64,000 bases of DNA from an uncultured Muribaculaceae bacterium (GTDB lineage Bacteria > Pseudomonadota > Alphaproteobacteria > Rs-D84): the NCBI GenBank assembly GCA_964371145.1, contig CAYJKO010000002.1:14330-78329 (forward strand), written 5' to 3'. Shown here in pieces: positions 46,754 through 56,409 of this stretch. The notes under the pieces were generated by a model that ran no database searches, was not told where the DNA came from, and saw nothing but the letters and a program-made list of their open reading frames with translations. Each line of letters begins with the position of its first letter. The stretch's first letter is position 1. Both the position numbers and the translations under genes were made by a program.

Positions 46754-47616
46754 TGAATTATATAAACATATATCTTGAATCATTGTCGGCAGAAAAAGGC
46801 CGCAGCCTGAAAACGCTGGAAAGTTATAACAGCGATTTATCGCACGCATCAGATATGCTGGGTGATTTAACACAAATTAACGACAAACAATTACAAGATT
46901 ATATATCATCTCTTCCGATTAACGCATCGTCCGCTGCACGCAAAGCCAGCGCATTAAGAGGATTTTATAAATTTTTAATGATGGAAAAAATCATTCAAAA
47001 AAATCCTGCAAAATCGTTGGAAATTCCAAAACGCCAAAAATCTTTACCGAAATTTTTATCGTTCGACGAAATTGAATTATTAATATCATCGGCCGGGGAC
47101 ATAAAAAATTCCTTGCGACTGCGCGCCATGATAGAATTATTATATGCATCCGGACTGCGAGTTTCTGAATTATGTTCGTTACCGAAATCCGGTGTATTGG
47201 GTGATAAATTATTAATCCGAGGCAAAGGCGCAAAAGAAAGATTAATCCCTATGCATGATGCTGCACAAATTGCATTGGCAAAATGGTTGGATACGATGGG
47301 CGATAAAAAAAATACATCTAAATTTGTATTTCCTTCTAATTCTAAATCCGGATATATTACGCGCGACGGTTTTTTCAAAATATTAAAAAAATGTGCGATT
47401 TTGGCCGGCATAAACCCAGACCGCGTCAGTCCCCACGTATTACGCCATTCATTTGCATCACACTTGCTGGCGGGTGGCGCAAATTTACGCAGCATACAAA
47501 CAATGCTGGGGCACGAAGACATTTCTACAACACAAATTTACACACACGTATTGCCTGAAAAATTACAAGAAACAGTGCAAGAACATCACCCATTATCCAA
47601 AGGTATAACAAAATGA
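46753..47616 (+). CDS. xerD: site-specific tyrosine recombinase XerC/XerD family
   Basis: 287 aa. Catalytic region with R..H..R/H..Y (..RHSFASHLLAGGANLRSIQTMLGHEDISTTQIYTHV..). Confidence 0.8.
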   Translation: MNYINIYLESLSAEKGRSLKTLESYNSDLSHASDMLGDLTQINDKQLQDYISSLPINASSAARKASALRGFYKFLMMEKIIQKNPAKSLEIPKRQKSLPKFLSFDEIELLISSAGDIKNSLRLRAMIELLYASGLRVSELCSLPKSGVLGDKLLIRGKGAKERLIPMHDAAQIALAKWLDTMGDKKNTSKFVFPSNSKSGYITRDGFFKILKKCAILAGINPDRVSPHVLRHSFASHLLAGGANLRSIQTMLGHEDISTTQIYTHVLPEKLQETVQEHHPLSKGITK

Positions 47617-48122
47617 TAAAAAGATGCGATAAGCCGGGTTGCGGCAAAGCCGGTGTTTGCCGCGCGCCAAAAAACCGCGATTTAAAAGAATATTGGAATT
47701 TCTGCAAAGAGCACGCAGAAGAATATAATAAAAATTGGAATTATTATTCAAATATGTCTGAGTCCGACATTGAATCAGACTGGGAAAAACGCACATTTGG
47801 CTCTGAATTAAAAGATGCAGACAAGGCTAAAAAAGACAGCACAGATTATGCAAAATTCATAAATGATTTTTTATCAGGCCGCGAAACATATGACCATGCG
47901 GTATCAAAACCGGTTGCACCATCGACCATCATATCTGCCCTGTCTGTTTTTGAATTGGGCATAAATTCGTCATGGCGTGAAATATCTGCAAAATATAGAA
48001 TGCTGGCTAAAAAATATCACCCCGACACAAATGCGGACAAACCGGATGCGGCCGAAAAATTTACAAAAATTTCCACCGCATATAAAACATTGGAAGAATA
48101 TTACAAAAAAAAGAAGGCTTAA
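47613..48122 (+). CDS. J-domain (DnaJ-like) protein with N-terminal Cys cluster
   Basis: 169 aa. N-terminal CDKPGCGKAGVCRAP...CKEH (4 Cys plus His) and a C-terminal J-domain with the HPD motif (AKKYHPDTNADKPDAAEKF). Start overlaps the xerD stop (ATGA). Confidence 0.65.
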   Translation: MIKRCDKPGCGKAGVCRAPKNRDLKEYWNFCKEHAEEYNKNWNYYSNMSESDIESDWEKRTFGSELKDADKAKKDSTDYAKFINDFLSGRETYDHAVSKPVAPSTIISALSVFELGINSSWREISAKYRMLAKKYHPDTNADKPDAAEKFTKISTAYKTLEEYYKKKKA

Positions 48123-48142
48123 AAAAGCCTTCTTTTTTATTT
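48104..48142. terminator. bidirectional terminator between convergent J-domain gene (+) and trxB (-)
   Basis: AAGAAGGCTtaaaaaAGCCTTCTT hairpin (9-bp stem), with an A-run 5' and TTTTTTATTTT 3'. Confidence 0.8.
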
Positions 48143-49036
48143 TGAATTCAAATATGCGATTGCATCCATACCGGCGCTGCACCCTGCACCAACGGCTGTT
48201 GCTATTTGCATTTTCAAATCAGATTGAACGTCACCCGCAACGAACATACCGGTCGGCAATTCATTTTGGTTCAAACGGCCCATTTTATCACGTTTAACGG
48301 TTTCAGATAAATAATCTGTATTTGCTTCGTGACCGATTGCGATAAACAAACCGTGGCAAACAATTTCTTCGCCAGACGTTGTTGTTGCAATTAATTCGCC
48401 ATCTGTTGACCCATCTTTTTCTTTCAAAGATTTTAATTCAGTATTGAATACACATTCGATTTTTTCATTTTCGTGTACGCGATCAACCATAACTTGTTCC
48501 GCGCGAGAAAAATCTTCTTTGCGATAAACAATTTTTACAGATTTTGCAACGTCCGCCAAATATAACGCATCATTCAAAGCAGAATTTCCACCACCAATTA
48601 CCAATACATCTTTATCTGTGTAAAAGAATCCATCACATGTCGCACAATAAGAAACGCCACGACCGAATAATTCTTTTGCGCCTTCTATTTCTAACTTACG
48701 TGGGGATGCGCCCGTTGATAAAATAACAGATTTACCGGTATATTGTGTGCCATTTGCGCCTGTTACAACGAATCCTGTGTCGCTGTCGCCTGAAATAGAT
48801 ACAGCCGGAGTCATAACAACTTCTGTTCCAAATGTTTCGGCCTGAGCTTTCATAAATTCAGACAATTCCAAACCGCTGCCTTTCCAACCTGGATAATTTT
48901 CCAAAACGGCGATACCGGCTGTTTGACCACCCAATTTATCACCACCCAAAATTAAAGTCTTTTTGCCTGCACGCGCCGTATACAAAGCGGCAGTCAAACC
49001 CGCAGGTCCAGACCCCAAAATAATAATATCATACAT
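48137..49036 (-). CDS. trxB: thioredoxin reductase
   Basis: 299 aa. FAD-binding GSGPAG, redox-active CATC (SYCATCDGFF), NADPH-binding GGGNSA. Confidence 0.9.
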   Translation of the reverse strand: MYDIIILGSGPAGLTAALYTARAGKKTLILGGDKLGGQTAGIAVLENYPGWKGSGLELSEFMKAQAETFGTEVVMTPAVSISGDSDTGFVVTGANGTQYTGKSVILSTGASPRKLEIEGAKELFGRGVSYCATCDGFFYTDKDVLVIGGGNSALNDALYLADVAKSVKIVYRKEDFSRAEQVMVDRVHENEKIECVFNTELKSLKEKDGSTDGELIATTTSGEEIVCHGLFIAIGHEANTDYLSETVKRDKMGRLNQNELPTGMFVAGDVQSDLKMQIATAVGAGCSAGMDAIAYLNSK

Positions 49037-49223
49037 AATTTTTCTCCGTTTATTATTACTATTATATATATGTTTATATTGAACAAAAACAAGACTAACA
49101 CATAAAAAACAAAATACAAAGATATATTTTTTTTAAAAATATTGATTTTCCAAGGTTTTTTTTCAGATTAAAAATGTTCATAAATAAACGCCTATAAAAA
49201 GTCAAGCATATAAATTAAAAAAA

Positions 49224-49252
49224 TTGAAAAAAATGTGTTTTTATTATATAAT
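49224..49252 (+). promoter_or_regulatory. sigma70-like promoter for nrdJ-pduO (TTGAAA -17 bp- TATAAT)
   Basis: TTGAAA at 49224..49229, TATAAT at 49247..49252, exact 17-bp spacer. Located 89 nt upstream of the RNR start. Confidence 0.5.
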
Positions 49253-49254
49253 AA

Positions 49255-49302
49255 TTACTATATATTGTGTTTAATCAACAAAATTAACACTATTAGTAGT
49301 GT
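49255..49302 (+). promoter_or_regulatory. two tandem NrdR-box-like 16-bp palindromes
   Basis: Box A at 49255..49270 is TTACTATATATTGTGT. Box B at 49287..49302 is ACACTATTAGTAGTGT. The recalled NrdR consensus is acaCwAtATaTwGtgt. The box centres are 32 bp apart, immediately downstream of the -10 element. Confidence 0.55.
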
Positions 49303-49340
49303 TTTTTATAAAATTACTTTTAAAAACAAAGGGCGTAAAA

Positions 49341-51206
49341 ATGAACGAATCATTAAAACTTTTATCAGATTTAACATACTATATGAAATATTCTAAATAT
49401 ACGCCCCAGATGAAAAGACGTGAAACTTGGGCAGAAACCATTTTACGTAACAAAGAAATGCATTTGAAAAAATTCCCACAGGTTGCAGACATCATAGAAA
49501 AAGCATACGAATTGGTTTTACAGAAAAAAATTTTGCCTTCTATGCGCTCTATGCAATTTGGTGGCGCAGGTATAGAACAAAATAATGCACGTATGTATAA
49601 TTGTTCGGCCATAGGCATAGATTCTATCGAATCATTTCGCGATTTATTTTATTTATTATTATGTGGCACAGGTGTTGGTTTTTCTGTGCGTCACAACTTT
49701 GTTGAAAAATTACCAGAATTTGTAAAACAAACTGGGCACACTGAAATATTCAAAGCACCCGATTCTATCGAAGGCTGGGCAGATTGCGTATACGCCCTGT
49801 TCCGCGGTTATTTTGTAACGGGAAATAAAATCGAATTTGATTTATCCGCGATTCGTCCAAAAGGTTCATTAATAAAATCCAGCATGTGCGCAGCGCCAGG
49901 TCCAGAACCTTTAAAATTGTCTTTGGATAATTTAACAAAAATGTTGGATAAAAAATTAGAAATTGGCGCAACAAAATTAACATCTATTGATTGTTATGAT
50001 ATATGTTGTTTTATATCAGAAGCCGTTCTTGCCGGCGGAGTCCGCCGTAGCGCGATGATTTGTTTATTCGACAAAGACGATGAATTAATGTTACATGCAA
50101 AAGAAGGCAACTGGTGGGAAGAAAACCCTCAACGCGGTTTGGCAAACAATTCTGTTCAATTCGATCGCGATAATACTTCGCGTGAAGATTTCGACAAAAT
50201 ATTTACACAATGTCAAAATTCAGGTTGCGGTGAACCGGGCATCGTTTGGACAAACACAAATGATTGGTTGGTAAATCCATGTTGTGAAATATCTATGCCA
50301 TCAAAAGGATTTTGTAATTTAACATCTGTAAATTTGGGCTCTATCGAATCACAATCTGATTTCGAAGAACGTTGTTTTTACGCATCCGTATTGGGAACAT
50401 TACAAGCCTCATATACAAACTTTAAATACATCGATGACAAATGGAAAGAAAACGCAGATGATATGTCTTTAATCGGAGTATCATTAACCGGTATCGCATC
50501 CCATCCAAATTTAAAAGAATTGGATTTCAAATCTGCGGTTGAATCTGTAAAAGCTGCGAACGATGAAATATCAACAAAAATCGGAATTAAAACCGCCGAC
50601 AGATTAACGACCGTTAAACCAGATGGCACCGGTTCTCTTGTATTGGGTACATCCAGCGGCATACACCCATGGCATGCAAAACATTATATTCGTCGTCTGC
50701 GTATAAATAAATTGGAACCATTGTATACATATATGGTTGAAAATTTCCCTCAATTGGTAGAAGATGAACAAATGAATCCGGATAAAAACGCGGTTATTTC
50801 TATGGTTATTCGCGCACCAGAAGGCGCCGTTACACGACGCAACGAAACGGCAACAGATTTCTTGGAACGCGTAAAATACATATTTGAAAATTGGGTGGTC
50901 CCAGGACACAGATCTGGCGACAATTACAATAACGTATCTTGCACATGTAACATTAAAAATCATGAATGGGACGACGTACGCAATTGGATGTGGGATAATC
51001 GCGACAGCTATACCGGAATATCTTTATTACCATATTCAGACGCCAGCTATATCCAAGCACCATTCGAAGACACGAACGAAGAAGCATACAAAGAATTTTT
51101 GAAAATTGTTCCAGAATTACATTTGGAAAATATTGAAGAAGAAAAAAACTTTGTAAACTTTGGACAAGAAGCGGCCTGTGCGGGCGGTGCTTGTGAATTG
51201 ATATAA
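49341..51206 (+). CDS. nrdJ: ribonucleotide reductase, class II-like monomeric (RTPR-type, adenosylcobalamin-dependent)
   Basis: Start at MNESLK.. (AAGGG RBS), 621 aa. No ATP-cone. Active-site motif NPCCEISMPSKGFCNLTSVNL (N-x-C-x-E thiyl-radical loop plus the CNL cysteine). C-terminal redox pair CAGGAC (C-x4-C). Followed directly by a cobalamin adenosyltransferase gene. Confidence 0.6.
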   Translation: MNESLKLLSDLTYYMKYSKYTPQMKRRETWAETILRNKEMHLKKFPQVADIIEKAYELVLQKKILPSMRSMQFGGAGIEQNNARMYNCSAIGIDSIESFRDLFYLLLCGTGVGFSVRHNFVEKLPEFVKQTGHTEIFKAPDSIEGWADCVYALFRGYFVTGNKIEFDLSAIRPKGSLIKSSMCAAPGPEPLKLSLDNLTKMLDKKLEIGATKLTSIDCYDICCFISEAVLAGGVRRSAMICLFDKDDELMLHAKEGNWWEENPQRGLANNSVQFDRDNTSREDFDKIFTQCQNSGCGEPGIVWTNTNDWLVNPCCEISMPSKGFCNLTSVNLGSIESQSDFEERCFYASVLGTLQASYTNFKYIDDKWKENADDMSLIGVSLTGIASHPNLKELDFKSAVESVKAANDEISTKIGIKTADRLTTVKPDGTGSLVLGTSSGIHPWHAKHYIRRLRINKLEPLYTYMVENFPQLVEDEQMNPDKNAVISMVIRAPEGAVTRRNETATDFLERVKYIFENWVVPGHRSGDNYNNVSCTCNIKNHEWDDVRNWMWDNRDSYTGISLLPYSDASYIQAPFEDTNEEAYKEFLKIVPELHLENIEEEKNFVNFGQEAACAGGACELI

Positions 51207-51231
51207 TTAATTATTAAAAGGAAGGTTTGTT

Positions 51232-51750
51232 ATGGCAAGAATTACAACAAAAAATGGTGACAGTGGGATGACTCAATTAAATCCCACAACAATCGCCAGC
51301 AAATCACACCCTGTTATAAAAATACAAGGTGATTTGGATGAATTGTCTTGCGCATTGGGAATGTGCGGAGACAGATTCGACGATGTGCAAACTTTCCTTT
51401 CCGAAGTTATGGGATATTTTTATTACAAATCATCCGACGACAGAAAAGTTATGGAACAAATTCAAAATATGGAAGAATATATAACAACGCATAATAATTC
51501 TATTCCTCCGTTTTTTGTAAATCCGCGCGGGGCTATATCTCTTGCACGCGCCATAGCCCGCCGCGTAGAACGAAATATTGTTGAATTTTACGAGACGGAC
51601 AGAAAATTATCAGACGACGAAAAATACGGAATGAATATGTCATCCGTTATTCAATATATTAATCGATTAAGCGATTATTTATTCGTTCGCAGCTTTGAAC
51701 GTGAAATCGCACAACCCGAATTATTCAAAGACGAAATGGCAACTGGTTAA
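51232..51750 (+). CDS. pduO: ATP:cob(I)alamin adenosyltransferase, PduO-type
   Basis: 172 aa. ITTKNGDSGMTQL......IKIQGDLDELSCALG matches the PduO-type N-terminal motif (T..GD.G.T.L.....v.k....v.a.G..DELns.iG). Confidence 0.7.
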   Translation: MARITTKNGDSGMTQLNPTTIASKSHPVIKIQGDLDELSCALGMCGDRFDDVQTFLSEVMGYFYYKSSDDRKVMEQIQNMEEYITTHNNSIPPFFVNPRGAISLARAIARRVERNIVEFYETDRKLSDDEKYGMNMSSVIQYINRLSDYLFVRSFEREIAQPELFKDEMATG

Positions 51751-51763
51751 ATATAATTATATA

Positions 51764-51792
51764 AAAATGCCGACATTGGCATTTTTTATTTG
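51764..51792 (+). terminator. rho-independent terminator after pduO
   Basis: AATGCCgacattGGCATT hairpin followed by TTTTTATTT. Confidence 0.65.
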
Positions 51793-51847
51793 CGAATTGT
51801 GTCAAGTGACCATATAATTAAACCGATATATAAAAAAAGGTTAAATT

Positions 51848-53128
51848 ATGTTGGATATGAAATTTATTCGCGAAAATCCGGAATTGGTCAAAAATGCATG
51901 CCGCGTCAAAGGATTCGCAGATTACACAGATGAAATTTTAAAAATGGACGAGCAAGTTCGCGCATTGAAAACCAGCACTCAATCGCAAACTGCCGAAAAA
52001 AATAAAATTACTCAACAAATTCCAACGGCAGAAGACAAAGCACCTTTGATTGCAAAATCACGTGAAATATCCGAACAGATTGCAAATGATTTAAAACAAT
52101 TGGAAGAATTGGAAATCAAATTAAATGATTTAATGCATCGTGTACCACAAATTCCAAATGAAAATTCTCCAATTGGACCAGATGATAATTCTAATGTTGA
52201 AATATTTAAATCGGGCAACGTTCCAAATTTTGATTTTGAACCACGCGCCCATTGGGATATTTTGGATATGAATGGTTGGTGGATGCCAGAATCTATTTCT
52301 AAAATTTGCGGAACACGCACATATGCTCTTGTAGGGGACGCCGCAGAATTGGAATTAGCCGTTCAAAATTACGTAATTGATAAAATCCGCGGAAAAGGTT
52401 TTACATTAATCAACTGTCCGGCAATCACAAAACCGGCCAGCGTTTTTAACGCGGGACATTTTTTGGGATCTGATTTATCCGTTATGGATAATGACGTATT
52501 TATGTTAACAGACACCGACAGATGTTTGGCGGGGACAAGTGAAATTATTTTAAATTCATTATTTGCGGGTGACATTTTAACAGAAAATGAATTACCGAAA
52601 AAATTTATGGGACTGTCCCAATGTTTTCGTAAAGAGGCCGGCGCCGCCGGACGCGACACCCGCGGATTAACCCGTGTTCATCAATTTAACAAAGTCGAAC
52701 AATTCATATTTTGTGAACCAAATAAATCAAATGAGATGTTTGATGAATTGGCACAAAATTTATGCGAAGTTATGGAAGATTTAGAATTACCATATCGCGT
52801 ATTGGATATATCAACGGGGGATATGGGATTTAATAAAATTAAACAAAAAGATATTGAAGCATGGATACCGTCTGATAATAAATATCTGGAATTGGGCAGT
52901 TGCAGCGCAATCGGCGAATTCCAAGCCCGCAGAACAAATACCAGATATCGTGAAAATAAAACGGGGGACGTTAAATTTGTTGCGACATTAAATAATACAG
53001 CCATTGCCTTGCCTCGCGCATTGGGTCCGATTTTGGAAAATCATCAAAACGCAGATGGTTCAATTAATATTCCGAAAAAATTGCAACCGTTTATGGGCGG
53101 CAAAACAAAAATTGGTGGCACCAAATAA
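51848..53128 (+). CDS. serS: seryl-tRNA synthetase
   Basis: 426 aa. N-terminal coiled-coil arm and the class II core. Confidence 0.9.
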   Translation: MLDMKFIRENPELVKNACRVKGFADYTDEILKMDEQVRALKTSTQSQTAEKNKITQQIPTAEDKAPLIAKSREISEQIANDLKQLEELEIKLNDLMHRVPQIPNENSPIGPDDNSNVEIFKSGNVPNFDFEPRAHWDILDMNGWWMPESISKICGTRTYALVGDAAELELAVQNYVIDKIRGKGFTLINCPAITKPASVFNAGHFLGSDLSVMDNDVFMLTDTDRCLAGTSEIILNSLFAGDILTENELPKKFMGLSQCFRKEAGAAGRDTRGLTRVHQFNKVEQFIFCEPNKSNEMFDELAQNLCEVMEDLELPYRVLDISTGDMGFNKIKQKDIEAWIPSDNKYLELGSCSAIGEFQARRTNTRYRENKTGDVKFVATLNNTAIALPRALGPILENHQNADGSINIPKKLQPFMGGKTKIGGTK

Positions 53129-53143
53129 TTTCAACAACATATC

Positions 53144-53175
53144 AAAAAACCGGTCAAATGACCGGTTTTTTATTT
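53144..53175. terminator. bidirectional terminator between convergent serS (+) and hypothetical gene (-)
   Basis: AACCGGTCAaaTGACCGGTT hairpin, A-run before it, TTTTTTATTTTATTTT after it. Confidence 0.8.
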
Positions 53176-53610
53176 TATTTTTACACCAAATGAATTTAAA
53201 GATTTAAATTCCAAATACATTTGTTTAAATGAATTTGAATTCATAATTTCCCATCTTTTTGCGAATTCCAACAATTTGGATTTTCCAATTGCGTCAAAAC
53301 GATTATTACTTTTATCTGTATAATATTTTTCGCTTAAAAAATGTAAAAATTGTTTTACGAACACATATCTGTGATTTCCATATTTTGTAACCAGCCCCGC
53401 TCCGTTTAAAACCATATTATTTTTTAGGCGATAATGATAATGTACAGAAAAAGGCAATGTTCCTATGATTTCATCTAATTTATTAACTTCGTTCAATATT
53501 GATATTTTATCCGATTTTTTTGGTTCCGCATCCATCTCTGCCATCATAATGTCTTTGGCAGAATTCAAAATTTGTTTTATAGTTGCGTTATAATCTATAT
53601 TTTTTTTCAT
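53170..53610 (-). CDS. hypothetical protein (orphan, 146 aa)
   Basis: ORF bounded by terminators. Lys/Asn-rich with no recognisable motifs. Confidence 0.4.
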   Translation of the reverse strand: MKKNIDYNATIKQILNSAKDIMMAEMDAEPKKSDKISILNEVNKLDEIIGTLPFSVHYHYRLKNNMVLNGAGLVTKYGNHRYVFVKQFLHFLSEKYYTDKSNNRFDAIGKSKLLEFAKRWEIMNSNSFKQMYLEFKSLNSFGVKIK

Positions 53611-53741
53611 AATTTAACCTTTGCATATTTGTCATACATTTTAAATATATCAATTTTTTTCGTATTTTCAATGAAATTTGTTGAATTTCAGATTATATGG
53701 TATACTCTTATAACCAGAAATTAAATCAAAAGGTATATTTT

Positions 53742-55577
53742 ATGAAAATTCGTAATATTGCAATTATTGCGCACGTGGACCATGGTAAAACGACTTTGGT
53801 TGACAATATGTTGAAACAAGCCGGTACATTCCGTGAAAACGAACGCGTAGACGAACGCGTAATGGACAGCGGGGATATCGAACGCGAACGCGGGATTACA
53901 ATTTCTGCGAAACCGACATCTATTCAATGGGGTGAATATAAAATTAATATCGTAGACACGCCGGGCCACGCGGATTTTGGCGGAGAAGTAGAACGTATTT
54001 TGTCTATGGTTGACGGGGTTGTGTTATTGGTGGATTCTGCCGAAGGTCCAATGCCTCAAACTAAATTCGTATTATCCAAAGCTTTGAAATTGGGTTTGCA
54101 TCCGATTGTATGTATTAATAAAATCGATCGTGGAGACCAACGCGCAGAAGAAGTTTTGGGCGAAACTTTTGATTTATTTGATAAATTGGGCGCGACAGAT
54201 TCTCAATTGGACTTCCCACATTTATATGCGGTTGGACGTGATGGTTGGGCTGTTCGCGATTTAAAAGATGAACGCGTTGATTTAAAACCTTTGTTTCAAT
54301 TAATTTTGGATCATGTACCTGCCCCTGATTGTGGTGGCACCAGATGTCATTTGGACGCGCCGTTTAAAATGTTGGCAACAACATTAGAAGCAGATCCATA
54401 TGTGGGACGTATTTTAACCGGTAAAATTGAATCCGGAACAGCACGCGTTGGTCAACCTGTTCGCGCCTTGAATATGAAAGGCGACGTTATAGAACAAGCA
54501 AAAATTACAAAAATTATTGAATACCGCGGTTTGGAAAAAGTATCAAAAGATACAGCGTCCGCGGGCGACATTGTTATCATAGCCGGATTTTCAAAAGCAA
54601 CTGTGGCAGACACATTGTGTGATTTATCTGTGTCCGAACCAATTCCGGCGATTCCAATTGACCCACCAACATTGACTATGACTTTCTTTGTGAACACATC
54701 TCCTTTGGCGGGACGCAGTGGTGGAAAAAAATTAACATCTCGTATGATTGGCGACAGATTATTTAAAGAAGCCGAAACAAACATCGCGTTAAAAGTTTCA
54801 CAAAGTGCAAACAACGAAGCGTTCGAAGTGTCCGGTCGTGGTGAATTGCAATTGGGTATTTTAATTGAAACTATGCGCCGCGAAGGATTTGAATTGTCAG
54901 TTTCCCGTCCGCGCGTTGTTATGAAACAAGATGAAAATGGAAATATGTTGGAACCAATCGAAGACGTTATCATTGACGTAGACGATGAATTCTCTGGTGT
55001 GGTTATCGAAAAAATGACTCGTCGTAAAGCAACTATTACCGAAATGAAACCATCCGGCGTTGGCAAAACCAGAATTGTATTTTCAGCGCCTTCTCGTGGA
55101 TTAATCGGTTATTTATCAGAATTCAGAACTGATACTCGTGGGACCGGCATTATGAACAGAACATTTGCAGATTACGAAGAATATCGCGGACCGGTTACTC
55201 AATATCGTCCGGGTGTTTTGGTATCTATGGAAAATGGCGCAGCTGCAACATTTGCATTGAATAATTTAGAAGCACGTGGAACTTTGTTCATCGGTCCTCA
55301 AACTCAGGTTTATTCTGGAATGATTATCGGCGAACACAGCAAAGAAAATGATTTAGAAGTCAATCCGATAAAAGGAAAAGAATTAACAAATATGAGATCG
55401 GCCGGTGCGGACGAAAAAATGTTTTTATCCCCTCCTCGTAAAATGACTTTGGAAGATGCTTTGTCTTATATCCAAGACGACGAATTGGTAGAAGTAACAC
55501 CAGACACAATTCGCCTTCGTAAAAGAGAATTAGACAGTGGCGCCAGAAAAAAAGCAAAAAGAGCGGCCAATGATTAA
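53742..55577 (+). CDS. typA: ribosome-associated translational GTPase TypA/BipA
   Basis: Start at [19 protein letters not shown] (G1), then [14 protein letters not shown] (G3), NKIDR (G4). EF-G-like domain order and a C-terminal BipA-specific domain. Confidence 0.9.
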   Translation: MKIRNIAIIAHVDHGKTTLVDNMLKQAGTFRENERVDERVMDSGDIERERGITISAKPTSIQWGEYKINIVDTPGHADFGGEVERILSMVDGVVLLVDSAEGPMPQTKFVLSKALKLGLHPIVCINKIDRGDQRAEEVLGETFDLFDKLGATDSQLDFPHLYAVGRDGWAVRDLKDERVDLKPLFQLILDHVPAPDCGGTRCHLDAPFKMLATTLEADPYVGRILTGKIESGTARVGQPVRALNMKGDVIEQAKITKIIEYRGLEKVSKDTASAGDIVIIAGFSKATVADTLCDLSVSEPIPAIPIDPPTLTMTFFVNTSPLAGRSGGKKLTSRMIGDRLFKEAETNIALKVSQSANNEAFEVSGRGELQLGILIETMRREGFELSVSRPRVVMKQDENGNMLEPIEDVIIDVDDEFSGVVIEKMTRRKATITEMKPSGVGKTRIVFSAPSRGLIGYLSEFRTDTRGTGIMNRTFADYEEYRGPVTQYRPGVLVSMENGAAATFALNNLEARGTLFIGPQTQVYSGMIIGEHSKENDLEVNPIKGKELTNMRSAGADEKMFLSPPRKMTLEDALSYIQDDELVEVTPDTIRLRKRELDSGARKKAKRAAND

Positions 55578-56409
55578 ACGACTGTTTATATTTGCAGGAT
55601 ATAATTCTTCAAACACTATAAACAGCGCGTTGACGTATTACGTCAAAAAATTATCCGAAATCGGAGATGTTATTGTTCATATGGATTGTGACATTTCCGA
55701 TTCGGAATTAAATAAAATTTCACCATTTACTATTTTTTCATCTGCCACCCGACATCAAGAATATGATTTCGGCAGCTATAAACGTGGTTACATATATGCA
55801 CGTGATAATGAATTATTGCAAAATTATGATTACATATATTTTGTAAATGATTCTGTATTTGGACCCTTGTCGGATTTAGAAAGTTTATTAAAAAATTACG
55901 AAAACACCGGTAAAAATGCTTATGGAATGGTGTATCGAACACATAAAAAAAATCCACATCTGCAATCTTGGTTTTTGGGCATGGATAAAAAAACATTTTT
56001 ATCTGATGAATTTGATAAATTTATATGCAATGTCAAACGTGAAAAAAACAAATACATAATTTGCGACAAATACGAATCAGGTTTTACCAGATTGTTAATA
56101 AAAAATAATTTTTCTTTTTATTATTCTTTTATCGCACACGGTCATGATATTTATAACAAACCAAAAAAAATGTTTAAAATGGGTATGCCCTTTTTCAAAA
56201 CAATAATTGCGAACAGATATAACGGAATGTTTGGTGCGCAGATAAATTATATTTTATCCCATATAAATTCAGATATAAAAAATATCATAATAAAATCTAT
56301 TGATGAAAATTACGGTAATGGTTATGCAAAAAAATTCTTAACAAAAAACCCATTTAAAACATTTACGCGTTTTTTAAAATATAATATAAACAAAGGATTA
56401 AAAAAATGA
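55570..56409 (+). CDS. putative polysaccharide-biosynthesis glycosyltransferase (RgpF-like?)
   Basis: 279 aa from [12 protein letters not shown]... Asn/Lys/Tyr-rich. Family assignment is tentative. First gene of a 4-gene glycosyltransferase cluster, and it overlaps the typA stop. Confidence 0.4.
   Translation: MIKRLFIFAGYNSSNTINSALTYYVKKLSEIGDVIVHMDCDISDSELNKISPFTIFSSATRHQEYDFGSYKRGYIYARDNELLQNYDYIYFVNDSVFGPLSDLESLLKNYENTGKNAYGMVYRTHKKNPHLQSWFLGMDKKTFLSDEFDKFICNVKREKNKYIICDKYESGFTRLLIKNNFSFYYSFIAHGHDIYNKPKKMFKMGMPFFKTIIANRYNGMFGAQINYILSHINSDIKNIIIKSIDENYGNGYAKKFLTKNPFKTFTRFLKYNINKGLKK

Noticed and set aside
49299-49340. Upstream start (MFFIKLLLKTKGVKM..) for the RNR ORF given by the ORF track
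   Set aside because: It would place the coding region over the NrdR-box-like operator and lacks an RBS. The ATG at 49341 has an AAGGG RBS and begins the conserved sequence.
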